From Arenicellales bacterium (GTDB taxonomy: Bacteria > Pseudomonadota > Gammaproteobacteria > Arenicellales > JBFEOO01): 64,000 nucleotides of DNA. Within the stretch, counting starts at the first letter, position 1. Every line of letters begins with the position of its first letter. Shown here in pieces: positions 1 to 10,171 of this stretch. A program made the translations under genes and the position numbers. The stretch covers positions 1,756 through 65,755 of the forward strand of contig JBFEOO010000012.1 in the NCBI GenBank assembly GCA_041550555.1. Direction: 5' to 3'. Below the pieces are notes generated by a model, which saw only the letters and a list, made by a program, of their open reading frames with translations, was not told the DNA's origin and ran no database searches.

Positions 1-317
1 TCATCGGCGTCTGGGCGTGGGAGCGCCGCATCAAGCAGCCCATCACCATCGATCTCGACATGGCGGCTGACATCCGCCGCGCCGCCCGCAGCGACGAGCT
101 CGACGACACCCTGAGCTACAAGGGCGTGGCCAAGCGCGTCACGGCGTTCGTCGGCGCCTCCCGCTTCAAGCTGGTGGAGACGCTTGCGGAGGAGGTCGCC
201 CGCGTACTGCTCGAGGAGTTTGCGATTCCGTGGGTCCGCGTGAAGGTGAACAAATCCGGCGCCGTCCGCGGCGCGCGCGATGTCGGCATCATCATCGAGC
301 GGGGCGTGAGAGAGTAG
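1..317 (+). CDS. folB: Dihydroneopterin aldolase (5' truncated by window)
   Basis: Frame open from base 3: IGVWAWERRIKQPITIDLDM...FKLVETLAEEVA...KSGAVRGARDVGIIIER; directly upstream of folK. Confidence 0.93.
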   Translation, partial: IGVWAWERRIKQPITIDLDMAADIRRAARSDELDDTLSYKGVAKRVTAFVGASRFKLVETLAEEVARVLLEEFAIPWVRVKVNKSGAVRGARDVGIIIERGVRE

Positions 318-803
318 TTGCCGCGCGTCTTCGTCAGCATCGGCAGCAACATCGAGCGGCGTCGCAACATCGTCGGCGGCGTCGCGGCGCTGCGCCGGCA
401 GTTCGGTGATCTGACCGTCTCCCCCGTCTACGAGACCCCGGCGGTCGGCTTCCAGGGCGATCCGTTCCTGAACCTGGTCGTCGCGTTCGAGACAGCGCTG
501 CCGCTCGAGGCGGTCATCGAGCGCCTGCATGACATCGAGCGCGCCCACGGCCGGCAGAGCGGCGAGAAGCGCTTCGCGCCGCGCACCCTCGACCTCGACG
601 TGCTGCTGTACGGGGACACGGTGCGCCACGAGGGGCGCATCGACGTGCCGCGCGGCGAGATCGTTCGTTACGCCCACGTTCTCGTGCCGCTGTGCGACAT
701 CGCCGCCGAGCTGCGCCACCCGGAGCTCGGTGAGCGGCTCGACCGGCTGCTGGACACCCTCGAGGGCGACACCGCGCTCCGCGAGGTGGCGTTGTCGCTG
801 TGA
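318..803 (+). CDS. folK: 2-amino-4-hydroxy-6-hydroxymethyldihydropteridine diphosphokinase
   Basis: SIGSNI, VYETPAVG, FLNLV and PRTLDLDVLLYG motifs. Confidence 0.95.
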   Translation: MPRVFVSIGSNIERRRNIVGGVAALRRQFGDLTVSPVYETPAVGFQGDPFLNLVVAFETALPLEAVIERLHDIERAHGRQSGEKRFAPRTLDLDVLLYGDTVRHEGRIDVPRGEIVRYAHVLVPLCDIAAELRHPELGERLDRLLDTLEGDTALREVALSL

Positions 804-806
804 GCG

Positions 807-1565
807 TCAGGGCACGATCGAGCGCCCGCCGTCGATGGAGATGACCTGTCCGGAGACGAAGCCCGCGCCGCGCACGAGGAACACCACCGCCTCGGCGATG
901 TCCTCCGGCGCGCCCGCGCGTCGCAGCGGGGTGCGCGAGACGATGCGCTGCTGGGCGACCTCGTCCGTGTCGTGCTCCGGCCACAGGATGGCTCCCGGCG
1001 CCACGGCATTGACGCGCACCTCGGGTCCAAGCTCCCGGGCCAGCGCCCGGGTCAGGCCGGTGAGGCCCGCTTTGGCCGCGCAGTAGGGGGCATGGCCCGA
1101 CAGCGGCCGCTCGGCATAGATGTCGCCGATATTGACGATGCAGCCGCGGCTCTCGCGCAGGGCGGCGGCGCTGGCCTGGGCGAGAAAGAACGGCACCTTG
1201 AGGTTGGTGCCGAGCAGGTCGTCCCACTCGCGCTCGCTGGTCTGGCCGACCGGCGTCGGATAGAAGCTCGAGGCGTTGTTGATCAGCGCGTCGAGGCGGC
1301 CGTAGGCGCCGAGGGCTTCGCGCACCAGGTTCTCGAGCTTCGCCACCTCGAGCAGCTCACCGCGCACCAGCATGATCGAGCGCGGTCGCAGGCCGTTGAG
1401 CTCGTCCTGCAGCGCGTGGGCGGCGTCGCTCGACGAGCGGTAGTGGACGACCACGCGCATGCCCTGGGCGTGGAGCGCGCGCACGATTGCGGCGCCGATG
1501 CGGCGGGCGCCTCCCGTCACGAGGGCGACCCTGTCGCCGACGCCGGCCCCACTGGTCTCGCTCAT
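807..1565 (-). CDS. Pteridine reductase (SDR, FolM/PTR1-like)
   Basis: TGGARRIG, NNASSF and YCAAK SDR motifs; folate gene context. Confidence 0.88.
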   Translation of the reverse strand: MSETSGAGVGDRVALVTGGARRIGAAIVRALHAQGMRVVVHYRSSSDAAHALQDELNGLRPRSIMLVRGELLEVAKLENLVREALGAYGRLDALINNASSFYPTPVGQTSEREWDDLLGTNLKVPFFLAQASAAALRESRGCIVNIGDIYAERPLSGHAPYCAAKAGLTGLTRALARELGPEVRVNAVAPGAILWPEHDTDEVAQQRIVSRTPLRRAGAPEDIAEAVVFLVRGAGFVSGQVISIDGGRSIVP

Positions 1566-1721
1566 AGCCGCTGCCCCCCCGCGGGCGTCGCCGCCGGCGC
1601 TCGCGCGTGGCGCCGAGGTGTGGCCGCGCTATTGCCCGCCCGGACGTAATTCTGCATTATTCCCGCGGCGCACAGCCCGCGACCTTCTGCCAAGATACCC
1701 CCCTTCCTGGTGTTTCGCCAA

Positions 1722-2912
1722 ATGCTCCCCGAACGACCGCGGCCCGCCGCTGCCGTGCCCCGCGGGCTGCCCGAGCCGGATGCGGCCGCCCGGCGGGCCA
1801 GCGGCGAGCTGGCGCGGTGGATTCGGCGCGAGATGGCGCAGGGCGTCGGCGCGCTGCCTTTCGAGCGTTTCATGGAGCTGGCGCTCTATGCCCCCGGGCT
1901 CGGCTATTACGCCTCGGGCCGCTGCCAGTTCGGCGAGGGCGGGGACTTCGTCACCGCTCCGGCGCTCGGGCGGTTGTTCGGCGGCTGTGTGGCGCGCCAG
2001 TGCGCGCAGATCCTCACCAGCCTCGGTGGCGGCCGAATCGTCGAGGCGGGCGCCGGCGACGGCGCGCTTGCCGCGGACATCCTGCTCGAGCTCGCCGCGC
2101 TCGACTGCCTGCCGCAGCGCTACGAGATCATCGAGCTCAGCCCCGCGCTGCGCCAGCGCCAGCGCGACACGCTCGCCCGTCGCGCGCCCGCGCAGCTCGA
2201 GCGCGTGCGCTGGCTCGACACCCTGCCCGCGGCGCCGCTGCGCGGCGCGGTGATCGCCAACGAGCTGCTCGACGCCATGCCCGTGGCGCGCTTCGAGGTG
2301 GCCGGGCACGACGTTTACGGCGCCTGGGTGAGCGACGACGGTGGACGTTTCCTCTGGTCGCGCGGGGACGTCGCGCCCCAGCTGAGACAGCGGATCGAGG
2401 CGTTGCGGCTGCCCGGGGGCTTCGTCTCGGAGATCAACGCGCGGGCCGAAGCGTGGGTGTCGACGCTGGCCGCGGCGCTCGAGGCCGGCGTGCTGCTCGT
2501 CATCGACTACGGCTTCCCGGCGCGCGAGTTCTACCACCCCCAGCGCAGCCGCGGCACGCTGATGTGCCACTACCGCCACCGCGCCCACGACGATCCGCTG
2601 ATCAACGTCGGCCTGCAGGACATCACTGCCCATATCGATTTCACCGCCATCGCCGCAGCGGGCGCCCGCGGCGGGCTCGAGGTGCTGGGCTACACGCAGC
2701 TGGCGCCCTTTCTGCTGTCGCTGGGCGTGCTCGAGCGGGTCGAGTCGGCGCGGGCCGGTGCTGTCGCCCACTCCCTGCGCCTGGCGCAGGAGCTCAAGAC
2801 GCTGACGCTGCCGAGCGAGATGGGTGAGCTGTTCAAGGTGCTGGCGCTCGGCCGCGGCGTGTCGTCACCGCTCGCGGGTTTCTCGCTGCAGGACCACCGC
2901 GGACGGCTGTGA
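1722..2912 (+). CDS. SAM-dependent methyltransferase, MidA/NDUFAF7 family (start uncertain, 1710-1722)
   Basis: FERFMELALYAPGLGYY, GDFVTAP, ANELLDAMP, IDYG, QDITAHIDF, EMGELFKV. Confidence 0.9.
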   Translation: MLPERPRPAAAVPRGLPEPDAAARRASGELARWIRREMAQGVGALPFERFMELALYAPGLGYYASGRCQFGEGGDFVTAPALGRLFGGCVARQCAQILTSLGGGRIVEAGAGDGALAADILLELAALDCLPQRYEIIELSPALRQRQRDTLARRAPAQLERVRWLDTLPAAPLRGAVIANELLDAMPVARFEVAGHDVYGAWVSDDGGRFLWSRGDVAPQLRQRIEALRLPGGFVSEINARAEAWVSTLAAALEAGVLLVIDYGFPAREFYHPQRSRGTLMCHYRHRAHDDPLINVGLQDITAHIDFTAIAAAGARGGLEVLGYTQLAPFLLSLGVLERVESARAGAVAHSLRLAQELKTLTLPSEMGELFKVLALGRGVSSPLAGFSLQDHRGRL

Positions 2913-3020
2913 TGCCCGGGCGCAACCCGCGGCTCGGCTCGAAGGCGTCCCGGCTCGGGGCGGCGCCGCGCATCGGCGGGCACGCCGTCCCGCTGCGCTA
3001 GTCCGCGCCGCGACCCGCCG

Positions 3021-3818
3021 ATGGATCACCTGCAGCTTCTGGCGCTGGCCGTCCTGCAGGGGGTCACGGAGTTCCTGCCCATATCGAGCTCCGGCCACCT
3101 GGCGCTGTTTCCGCACCTTTTCGGCATGCCCGACCAGGGGCTCGGGTTCGACGTCGCCGTGCACGTCGGCACGCTGGTGGCCGTGGTGTCGTACTTCCGT
3201 CGCGACATCGGGCAGCTCTCCCGCGCGTGGCTGTCGTCGCTGCACGGCGCCCGCACGCCGTCGCCGGAGAGCCGGCTCGCCTGGTGCGTGCTGGTGGCGA
3301 CGCTGCCGGTGGCGGTCGCCGGGCTGCTGCTGAGCGACGTCGTCGAGGGCGCGCTGCGCGACCCGCGGGTCATCGCGGCCGCCACCCTCGGTTTCGGGCT
3401 GGTGATGTGGTGGGCGGATGCCCGCGGTGCGAAGACGCGCTCCATCGAGGAGGTGGGCTGGCGGGACGTGGCGGTGATCGGCGGGGCGCAGGTGCTCGCG
3501 CTGATTCCCGGCACGTCGCGCTCGGGTATCACCATCACCGCCGGCATGGGCATGGGCCTGACGCGAACGTCGGCGGCGCGCTTCTCCTTCCTGCTGTCGA
3601 TTCCCGTCATCGCGCTGGCCGGCGGCTGGCAGGCGCTCGAGCTGGTGTCCCGCGATCTCGCGCAGTGGCACATCCTGCTCGCCGGCGCGGTGCTCGCCGG
3701 CACCTGTGCGTTCGCGTGCATCCACTGGTTTCTCAAGATGCTCGAACGCTACAGCCTGCTGCCCTTCGTGCTCTACCGCCTCGCGCTCGGTCTGTGGCTC
3801 CTGTACCTGTATCGCTGA
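3021..3818 (+). CDS. uppP: Undecaprenyl-diphosphate phosphatase
   Basis: QGVTEFLPISSSGHL, ALIPGTSRSGIT, AARFSFLLSIP. Confidence 0.97.
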   Translation: MDHLQLLALAVLQGVTEFLPISSSGHLALFPHLFGMPDQGLGFDVAVHVGTLVAVVSYFRRDIGQLSRAWLSSLHGARTPSPESRLAWCVLVATLPVAVAGLLLSDVVEGALRDPRVIAAATLGFGLVMWWADARGAKTRSIEEVGWRDVAVIGGAQVLALIPGTSRSGITITAGMGMGLTRTSAARFSFLLSIPVIALAGGWQALELVSRDLAQWHILLAGAVLAGTCAFACIHWFLKMLERYSLLPFVLYRLALGLWLLYLYR

Positions 3819-3837
3819 ACGGGACGGCGCGTGCGGC

Positions 3838-5097
3838 TCACCGCCCGCGCTCGGCGGGCGTTGCCTGCACGGCGGCGATGGCTGCGATCCGCCGTCGCCG
3901 GATCTCCTCGCCGAGGGCCTTGCCCGTCGCCCCGTCGGCCGCCGCGGCGCGGCCGTCGACGGCGGCAGCGGCGGCCGCCATGCGCCGCAGCAGCTCGCCC
4001 TGCGGGTAGTCGATGTCTTCGCAGCCGAGCCGGCCGCGCGCGTCCGCCTCGCAGGCCAGCGCGAACGCGCGCAGCCGCGGTGGCCGCCGGAACGCGTCGA
4101 GCGCGCTCAGCAGCGCGTAGACCGTCGCCGGCCGCAGATCCGCAAGCCGGTGCATCTTGAGGTGGTGGCGGCACACCAGCAGCGCCAGCTCACGGAAGGC
4201 GGTCGGCGCCCGCAGACGGGCGCACAGGGCCTCGATCGGGGCCAGTCCGGTTTGCTCGTGTCCGCGATGACGCGGCCACTGCTCGGACGGCGTGAGCGCC
4301 TTGCCGAGATCGTGCACCAGCGCCGCGAAGCGCACCGTCGTCTCGGGCGAGAGCCGGGCGGCCTGATCGACGACCAGCAGGGTGTGGACGCCGGTGTCGA
4401 TCTCCGGGTGGACGGCGGGTGGCTGCGGGACGCCGAACAACGCCTCGATCTCCGGCAAGAGGCGGGCGAGGGCGCCGCAGGCGCGCAGCGCCTCGACGAA
4501 CGCGGACGGCGCCGGCTCGCCGAGGGCGCGATCGAGCTCCGCCCACACGCGTTCGGGCACCAGCGCGTCGACCTCGCCGTGATCGACCAGCTTGCACATC
4601 AGCGCAAGCGTCGCGGCGGCGATCGAGAAGCCTCTGTCGGCATAGCGGGCGGCGAAACGCGCCACGCGCAGCACCCGCACGGGGTCCTCGGCAAAGGCGG
4701 GCGAGACGTGCCGCAGCAGCCGCTCGCGGATGTCGGCGCGACCCCCGAAAGGGTCGATGAGGGTACCGTCGTCGGCCTCGGCCATGGCGTTGATGGTCAG
4801 GTCCCGACGCTGGAGATCTTCGTATAATGTGACCCCCGGATGGGCGTCGACGACGAATCCCCTGTAGCCGGCGCCGGTCTTGCGCTCGGTGCGGGCGAGT
4901 GCGTACTGCTCTCGGGTCTCGGGATGGAGAAAGACGGGAAAATCCTTGCCAACCGCCAGGAAGCCGCGTTTGCGGAGCTCCTCGGGTGTGGCCCCGATCA
5001 CCACCCAGTCGCGGTCGGTGACCGGCAGGCCGAGCAGGCGGTCCCGGACGGCGCCCCCGACGAGGTATTTCTCGAGGCCCGACTCCGGAGCGGCCAT
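3838..5097 (-). CDS. cca: Multifunctional CCA tRNA nucleotidyltransferase with HD domain
   Basis: [49 protein letters not shown]; start set at ATG 5097. Confidence 0.96.
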   Translation of the reverse strand: MAAPESGLEKYLVGGAVRDRLLGLPVTDRDWVVIGATPEELRKRGFLAVGKDFPVFLHPETREQYALARTERKTGAGYRGFVVDAHPGVTLYEDLQRRDLTINAMAEADDGTLIDPFGGRADIRERLLRHVSPAFAEDPVRVLRVARFAARYADRGFSIAAATLALMCKLVDHGEVDALVPERVWAELDRALGEPAPSAFVEALRACGALARLLPEIEALFGVPQPPAVHPEIDTGVHTLLVVDQAARLSPETTVRFAALVHDLGKALTPSEQWPRHRGHEQTGLAPIEALCARLRAPTAFRELALLVCRHHLKMHRLADLRPATVYALLSALDAFRRPPRLRAFALACEADARGRLGCEDIDYPQGELLRRMAAAAAAVDGRAAAADGATGKALGEEIRRRRIAAIAAVQATPAERGR

Positions 5098-5165
5098 GGC
5101 GCGGGTCACCGCGCGCGCAAGCACGCCCCGGCCGGCGCCGCGCCTCGACGATCGCCTCGCGACGC

Positions 5166-6239
5166 GTGCGGACGGTGCCCGTGACGGCGGCGCTCGTGGG
5201 CGTGCTGGCACGATCGGCGGCGGCGCTGCTGGCGGGCGCCCTGGTGGGTTGCTCCAACGCGGGCTACTACGCGCAGTCGGTCGGCGGCCAGCTGGGTATT
5301 CTGACCAAGAGCCGGTCGGTGGACGCCGTGCTGGCGAACCCGGACACACCGGACGGGGTGAAGAGCAAGCTGCGCGCCGCCAAGCAGATCCGTGCCTTTG
5401 CCTCGCTTCATCTGGGACTGCCTGACAATAACAGCTACAAGCGCTACGCCGACGTCGGTCGTCGCTTCGTCGTCTGGAACGTATTTGCCACGCCGGCGTA
5501 TTCTTTGCAACCGCTCGAGTGGTGTTTTCCAGTGGCGGGCTGCGTCGCCTATCGGGGCTACTTCGACCGCGACGACGCCGAGGTCTTTGCCGAGGGCCTG
5601 CGCGCCGAGGGCCACGATGTCTACGTGGCGGGTATTCGCGCCTACTCCACGCTGGGCTGGTTCAGCGACCCGCTGCTCAACACGCTGATGAATGCCAGCG
5701 AGGAGCAGCTCGCCGGGTTCGTGTTCCACGAGCTCGCCCACCAGGTCGTCTACGTCAAGGGCGACACGACCTTCAACGAATCGTTCGCCACCGCCGTCGA
5801 GCAGGCGGGGGTGCGCCGCTGGCTGGCGCAGGCGGAGCGCGCGGGGCGGCTGCAGGGCTATCTCGAGCAGCTCGAGCGCGACGCCCGCATCGTTGAACTT
5901 CTGCTGGAGACGAAGCAGGCGTTGGGCCAGGTCTATGCGTCGGGACACGACCGCGACTGGCTGCAGCGCCGCAAGCAGGAGGCGTTCGCCGGGCTCAAGA
6001 GCGCCTACCGGCGTATCAGCGCCGAGTGGGACGGCTACGGCGGTTACCGAGGCTGGTTCGAGCAGCCGCTCAACAACGCGCATCTGGCCTCGGTAGGGAC
6101 GTACCACGAGCTGGTGCCGGCCTTTCTCGCTCTGCTCGAGCGTAACGGCGGGGACTTCGCGTCGTTCTACGAGGAGGTCCGGCGCATTGCCGCGCTGGCT
6201 CCCGAGCCGCGGCGCGAGGCGCTGCCGGCGTCGCCGTGA
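5166..6239 (+). CDS. Putative zinc aminopeptidase, probable lipoprotein
   Basis: LVGC lipobox-like signal, [31 protein letters not shown] and FNESFA (HEXXH...E). Confidence 0.8.
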   Translation: MRTVPVTAALVGVLARSAAALLAGALVGCSNAGYYAQSVGGQLGILTKSRSVDAVLANPDTPDGVKSKLRAAKQIRAFASLHLGLPDNNSYKRYADVGRRFVVWNVFATPAYSLQPLEWCFPVAGCVAYRGYFDRDDAEVFAEGLRAEGHDVYVAGIRAYSTLGWFSDPLLNTLMNASEEQLAGFVFHELAHQVVYVKGDTTFNESFATAVEQAGVRRWLAQAERAGRLQGYLEQLERDARIVELLLETKQALGQVYASGHDRDWLQRRKQEAFAGLKSAYRRISAEWDGYGGYRGWFEQPLNNAHLASVGTYHELVPAFLALLERNGGDFASFYEEVRRIAALAPEPRREALPASP

Positions 6240-6264
6240 GCCGCGCCGCCGCGCCGTAGCCCGC

Positions 6265-7221
6265 TCAGCGCCGCGCCCGTCGTCTGAGCTCGTCGATACG
6301 CCCGGCCGCCGCACTGACATAGCCGGGCACAACGGTTTCCATGGCGGTCGGCTCGGGGATCAGGAGTTCGGGGCAGGGGGCCGAGCAGACGCTGTCCTTC
6401 GACATCGACAGGTAGTTGTCGAGCGAGAACGGCTTGCCCGGCACGTACTCCATCACCATGGCCTGCCAGCGCGACAGCCGATCGGGAAGCTCGACGATGT
6501 ACCGCTTGACGCCCATGAGCTTGGCGACGTAGGAGACGATCTCGTGCAGCGTGTACTGCTGGGGCCCGCAGAGCTCGTAGCGGCGGCCGTAGGTGTCGGG
6601 CTCGCTCAGCGAGCGAACGAAAGCCTCCACGACGTCGCCGACGTACACCGGCTGAAAGCGGGTCTGCGCGCAGGCCAGCGGAAAGACCAGCGGGACGCTG
6701 CGCAGCAGCTTGGCGAAACGGTTGATGAAGCTGTCGTCGGGCCCGAAGATCACCGAGGGGCGGAAGCTGGTCACCGCGAAAGCGTCGCTCGCCGCGCCGT
6801 GAACCATGTCCTCGGCAATGCCTTTGGTGCGCAGGTAGTGACTCGGGCCGCTGGGGTCGGCATTGAGCGCGCTCATGTGAAGGAGCCGGCGCACGCCCTG
6901 CTCGTGGCACGCCTGCACCACATTGCGCGAGAGCGCCACGTGCGCCTGCTCGAAGCCGGCGCCGTCGTGACCGCGCTCGTTGAGGATGCCGACCAGATTG
7001 ATCGCCACGTCGGCGCCCTGGAAGAGCGGGTCGAGGGCCTTCGGGTCGTCGCTCTCGTACTCCACGAGGCTCAGCGTCGGCAGCACCAGCAGGTCGCGGT
7101 GGCGTTCGCGGTGGCGAGTCAGCACCTTCACCCGATGGCCGAGGGCGACCAGCCGGCGTGCAAGGTGGCGCCCGACGAAACCCGTGCCGCCGACGATGCA
7201 GACCTCGAGCGCACTCGTCAT
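6265..7221 (-). CDS. NAD(P)-binding epimerase, complex I NDUFA9 family
   Basis: GGTGFVG, INLVGIL, HMSALNA, SHYLRTKG, RPSVIFG, FQPVYVGDV. Confidence 0.88.
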   Translation of the reverse strand: MTSALEVCIVGGTGFVGRHLARRLVALGHRVKVLTRHRERHRDLLVLPTLSLVEYESDDPKALDPLFQGADVAINLVGILNERGHDGAGFEQAHVALSRNVVQACHEQGVRRLLHMSALNADPSGPSHYLRTKGIAEDMVHGAASDAFAVTSFRPSVIFGPDDSFINRFAKLLRSVPLVFPLACAQTRFQPVYVGDVVEAFVRSLSEPDTYGRRYELCGPQQYTLHEIVSYVAKLMGVKRYIVELPDRLSRWQAMVMEYVPGKPFSLDNYLSMSKDSVCSAPCPELLIPEPTAMETVVPGYVSAAAGRIDELRRRARR

Positions 7222-7405
7222 CGGCGCGCCGCCCGGCTGCCGCGCCCGCCGACGGGGTCAGGACGCCGCCGCCGCGTCGCCATCCCGGCCCGCGTCCGGC
7301 CCGGCCGCCGCCTGCCGGCGGGCTCCACCCCGAGCCAGGATGCGGCGGATGCGGTCATCGCTGCTCACCACCCACTTTACTGTTCTGCTCCCCGATTGAC
7401 CCCGC

Positions 7406-9406
7406 TCATTGTACTCTCTCGGCGGCGCGGGGAACGATGGGCGGCATGCGCTCGCGCAGCCGCCGCGGGGTCGTGCCGAGGCGCTGCTCGTAGACGACGG
7501 TGAATCCGAGCACGTTCTTGACGAAGTTGCGCGTCTCGCGAAACGGGATGATCTCGATCCAGATGTCGGCGTCCATCGTGGCGCCCTGGGGCAGCCAGCG
7601 GTCGACGCGGTGGGGACCGGCATTGTAGGAGGCGGTGGTGATCACCGGGTTGCCCGCGCTGCGCTCGAGCACCTCGCGCAGATACGCCGTGCCGAGGCGG
7701 ATGTTGCTGGGCACGTCCATGATCGATTCCGCGTCGCGCAGCTCGAGGTCGAGCGACGCCGCCACGCGGCGCGCCGTCGCAGGCATCAGCTGCATCAGGC
7801 CGAGGGCGCCCACGTGGGAGCGCGCGTCGGTGGCGAAAGCACTTTCCTGGCGAATCACCCCGAACACCCATGCGGCGGGGAGGCGATTGTGCGCCGCGGC
7901 GCCCGTGATCAGGTCCCGGTAGAGCAGCGGGAATCGGACATCGAGGTCGTCCCAGTAGCGGGCGCGCGCCGCCGTGATGATGGCCTGGTCGTGCCAGTGC
8001 ACGCGGTGCGCCACCAGGGTGGCCAAGCGCAGCGCGTCCTCGCTCATGTCGCGGGTCGCCCATGCCCACTGCTGGCGCGCACTGTCGAGGTCGCCCGCCG
8101 CGCGCAGCTCCAGCGCCATGGCCAGACCCGTCTGCGAGGAAGCGCCGTCCAATGCGTCGGCTCCGGCAGTGAACGGCTGATCGCGCATGGCGTAGTCGGT
8201 CTGCAGCCGATCGGCGGCCAGGAAGCCATAGTAGTTGCGGGTCTCGGCCAGCTCGCCGTACAGCGCGCGGGCCTCGGCGGTGGCGCCCTGCTGCTCCAGG
8301 GCGCGCGCGCGCCAGTAGCGCCATTTGGCCTCGTCCCGCAGCTCCCCGTCGAGACCGTTCACCGCGTTCGCCACGGCGGGCCAGTCGCCCCCGGCGAGGG
8401 CGGCTCGCACGCGCCACGTCCGCACGGTGGCGTCGGCGCCTGCCGGGGAGACCTGCTCGAGCCAGCGCGGCGCCTGCGGCAGACGCGCCAGGGCGCCGTT
8501 CAAACCTATGCTGCGCAGCACATCGTCGTTGTCCTCGACGTCGAACGCGAAGCGAGCGCGCAGAGCGGACCATGCCGCCGCGGCGCGCTCGGGATCGTCG
8601 CCGGCCAGGCGGATCACGCCGTGCCGCACCATGGCCCGCGCCCGCTGGGTTGCCACCGGGTAGTCGATCGCGGCCAGGGCGGTGGCGGGCGCGGTGTGCA
8701 ACGCCACCCAGCGCTGGATCCAGGTGCGGTCCGCGGCGTCGAGATAGGTGTCGCCCAGATGGCGGGCGAGACCGGTGTTGCCGCGTGCCAGCGCCAGCTC
8801 CACCCGCTGCCAGACGAGATCGCGGGTGAGCCCGCCGGAGCGGTGCCACGCGGCGAACACGGCGTCGCAGGCGGAGGGACGGCTGTCGCCGCTCAGCCAG
8901 ACCCCGGTGAGCGCAGGCGTCAGCGACGCGCTGGCGCCCTCGGCCTCGAGGATGAGCCGCAGGCGGTGGCACCGTAGCTCGGTCTCGGTGACATCGCCCG
9001 ACTCGGCGAGGAACAGCGCCCAGCGGTGCTCGCTCACCAGCCGCCGCAGCCAGTCGCGGTGCAGCCGCTCGCTCACGAACGCTTCGCCGTAACGAAGCCG
9101 GAACTGGGGCGCCACCGTGTCGGGGGCGGCGGCACCCTGCTTGGCGATGAAGCGGTAGGCGAGAAACGGGTAGAGCAGGTGGTCTTGCAGGGCGCTCAGG
9201 CGGCGGTTGAAGGCGGGGTAGTCGCCGGCGTCGAGCGCGCGCAGCCCTTCGCGATAGGCGCTCTGCTCGGGGGTCAGCCCCGGCGGCGGGTGGTCGGCGG
9301 CCAGCGGGGCGCTGATCAGCGTGGCGGCGAGCGCCAGCGCGCGCCCGGCAAAGGTGCCGCGGCACCTGCCCGCGCCCGCTGGTGCCCTGCACGGCTTACA
9401 CGCCAT
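7406..9406 (-). CDS. slt: Soluble lytic murein transglycosylase (Slt70-like; start approximate)
   Basis: IRQESAF, GALGLMQLMPATA, ASYNAGP, IPFRETRNFV; N-terminal signal-like stretch. Confidence 0.92.
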   Translation of the reverse strand: MACKPCRAPAGAGRCRGTFAGRALALAATLISAPLAADHPPPGLTPEQSAYREGLRALDAGDYPAFNRRLSALQDHLLYPFLAYRFIAKQGAAAPDTVAPQFRLRYGEAFVSERLHRDWLRRLVSEHRWALFLAESGDVTETELRCHRLRLILEAEGASASLTPALTGVWLSGDSRPSACDAVFAAWHRSGGLTRDLVWQRVELALARGNTGLARHLGDTYLDAADRTWIQRWVALHTAPATALAAIDYPVATQRARAMVRHGVIRLAGDDPERAAAAWSALRARFAFDVEDNDDVLRSIGLNGALARLPQAPRWLEQVSPAGADATVRTWRVRAALAGGDWPAVANAVNGLDGELRDEAKWRYWRARALEQQGATAEARALYGELAETRNYYGFLAADRLQTDYAMRDQPFTAGADALDGASSQTGLAMALELRAAGDLDSARQQWAWATRDMSEDALRLATLVAHRVHWHDQAIITAARARYWDDLDVRFPLLYRDLITGAAAHNRLPAAWVFGVIRQESAFATDARSHVGALGLMQLMPATARRVAASLDLELRDAESIMDVPSNIRLGTAYLREVLERSAGNPVITTASYNAGPHRVDRWLPQGATMDADIWIEIIPFRETRNFVKNVLGFTVVYEQRLGTTPRRLRERMPPIVPRAAERVQ

Positions 9407-10040
9407 ACTGCTCGCGGTAGGCGCGCATGGCCGGCAGGTGGTGGCGGTGCGCGTCGGCGCCTTCGAGGAACTCGATGAGATGCTCGAGCGTCGCGATGGC
9501 GTAGACGGGGATCCCGTGGGCCTGCTCGACGTGCTGCACGGCCGAGCGTTCGCTGTCGCGCGCACGCTCGCACCGGTCGAGGGCGATGACGACGGCCGCG
9601 GGCTGCGCCCCGGCCGCGCCGATGATGCGCACCGAGTCGGCCACGGACAGCCCGGCGGTGATGACGTCGTCGACGATGACGACACGGCCGTGAAGCGGCG
9701 CGCCGATCACCGCGCCGCCCTCGCCGTGATCCTTGATCTCCTTGCGGTTGAAGGCGAACGCCACGTCGCGCTCGAAGGACTCGGCGAGCGCCACCGCGGT
9801 CGCGGTCACCAGCGGGATGCCCTTGTAGGCGGGCCCGAACAGCATGAAGGCGCCGTCGACGTGCTCGACGATCGTGTGCGCGTAGAAACGGCCCAGCCGT
9901 GCTGTGGCGGCGCCCGTCGCGAACAGTCCGGTATCGAAGAAATAGGGGCTCGCGCGCCCCGACTTGAGCGTAAAGGCGCCGAAGCGCAGGGCGCGCTGCT
10001 CAATCACGAACTCGAGGAACTGCCGCTGGTAGTCCTTCAT
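9396..10040 (-). CDS. pyrE: Orotate phosphoribosyltransferase
   Basis: MKDYQRQF, FTLKSGRASPYFF, GPAYKGIP, FNRKEIKDHGEGG, VDDVITAG. Confidence 0.97.
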   Translation of the reverse strand: MKDYQRQFLEFVIEQRALRFGAFTLKSGRASPYFFDTGLFATGAATARLGRFYAHTIVEHVDGAFMLFGPAYKGIPLVTATAVALAESFERDVAFAFNRKEIKDHGEGGAVIGAPLHGRVVIVDDVITAGLSVADSVRIIGAAGAQPAAVVIALDRCERARDSERSAVQHVEQAHGIPVYAIATLEHLIEFLEGADAHRHHLPAMRAYREQYGV

Positions 10041-10171
10041 GGCTTCGCTCGTCTGTGATCGGCCAGGCTGCAATCGGGCCCGCTGCCGTCGCTGTCGACG
10101 CCGCGTAGGCCTCGCTCGGTGAAGTGCGTATGATACCGGGCCTGGCCGAGCAGCACAGTCCGCCAACCCTG

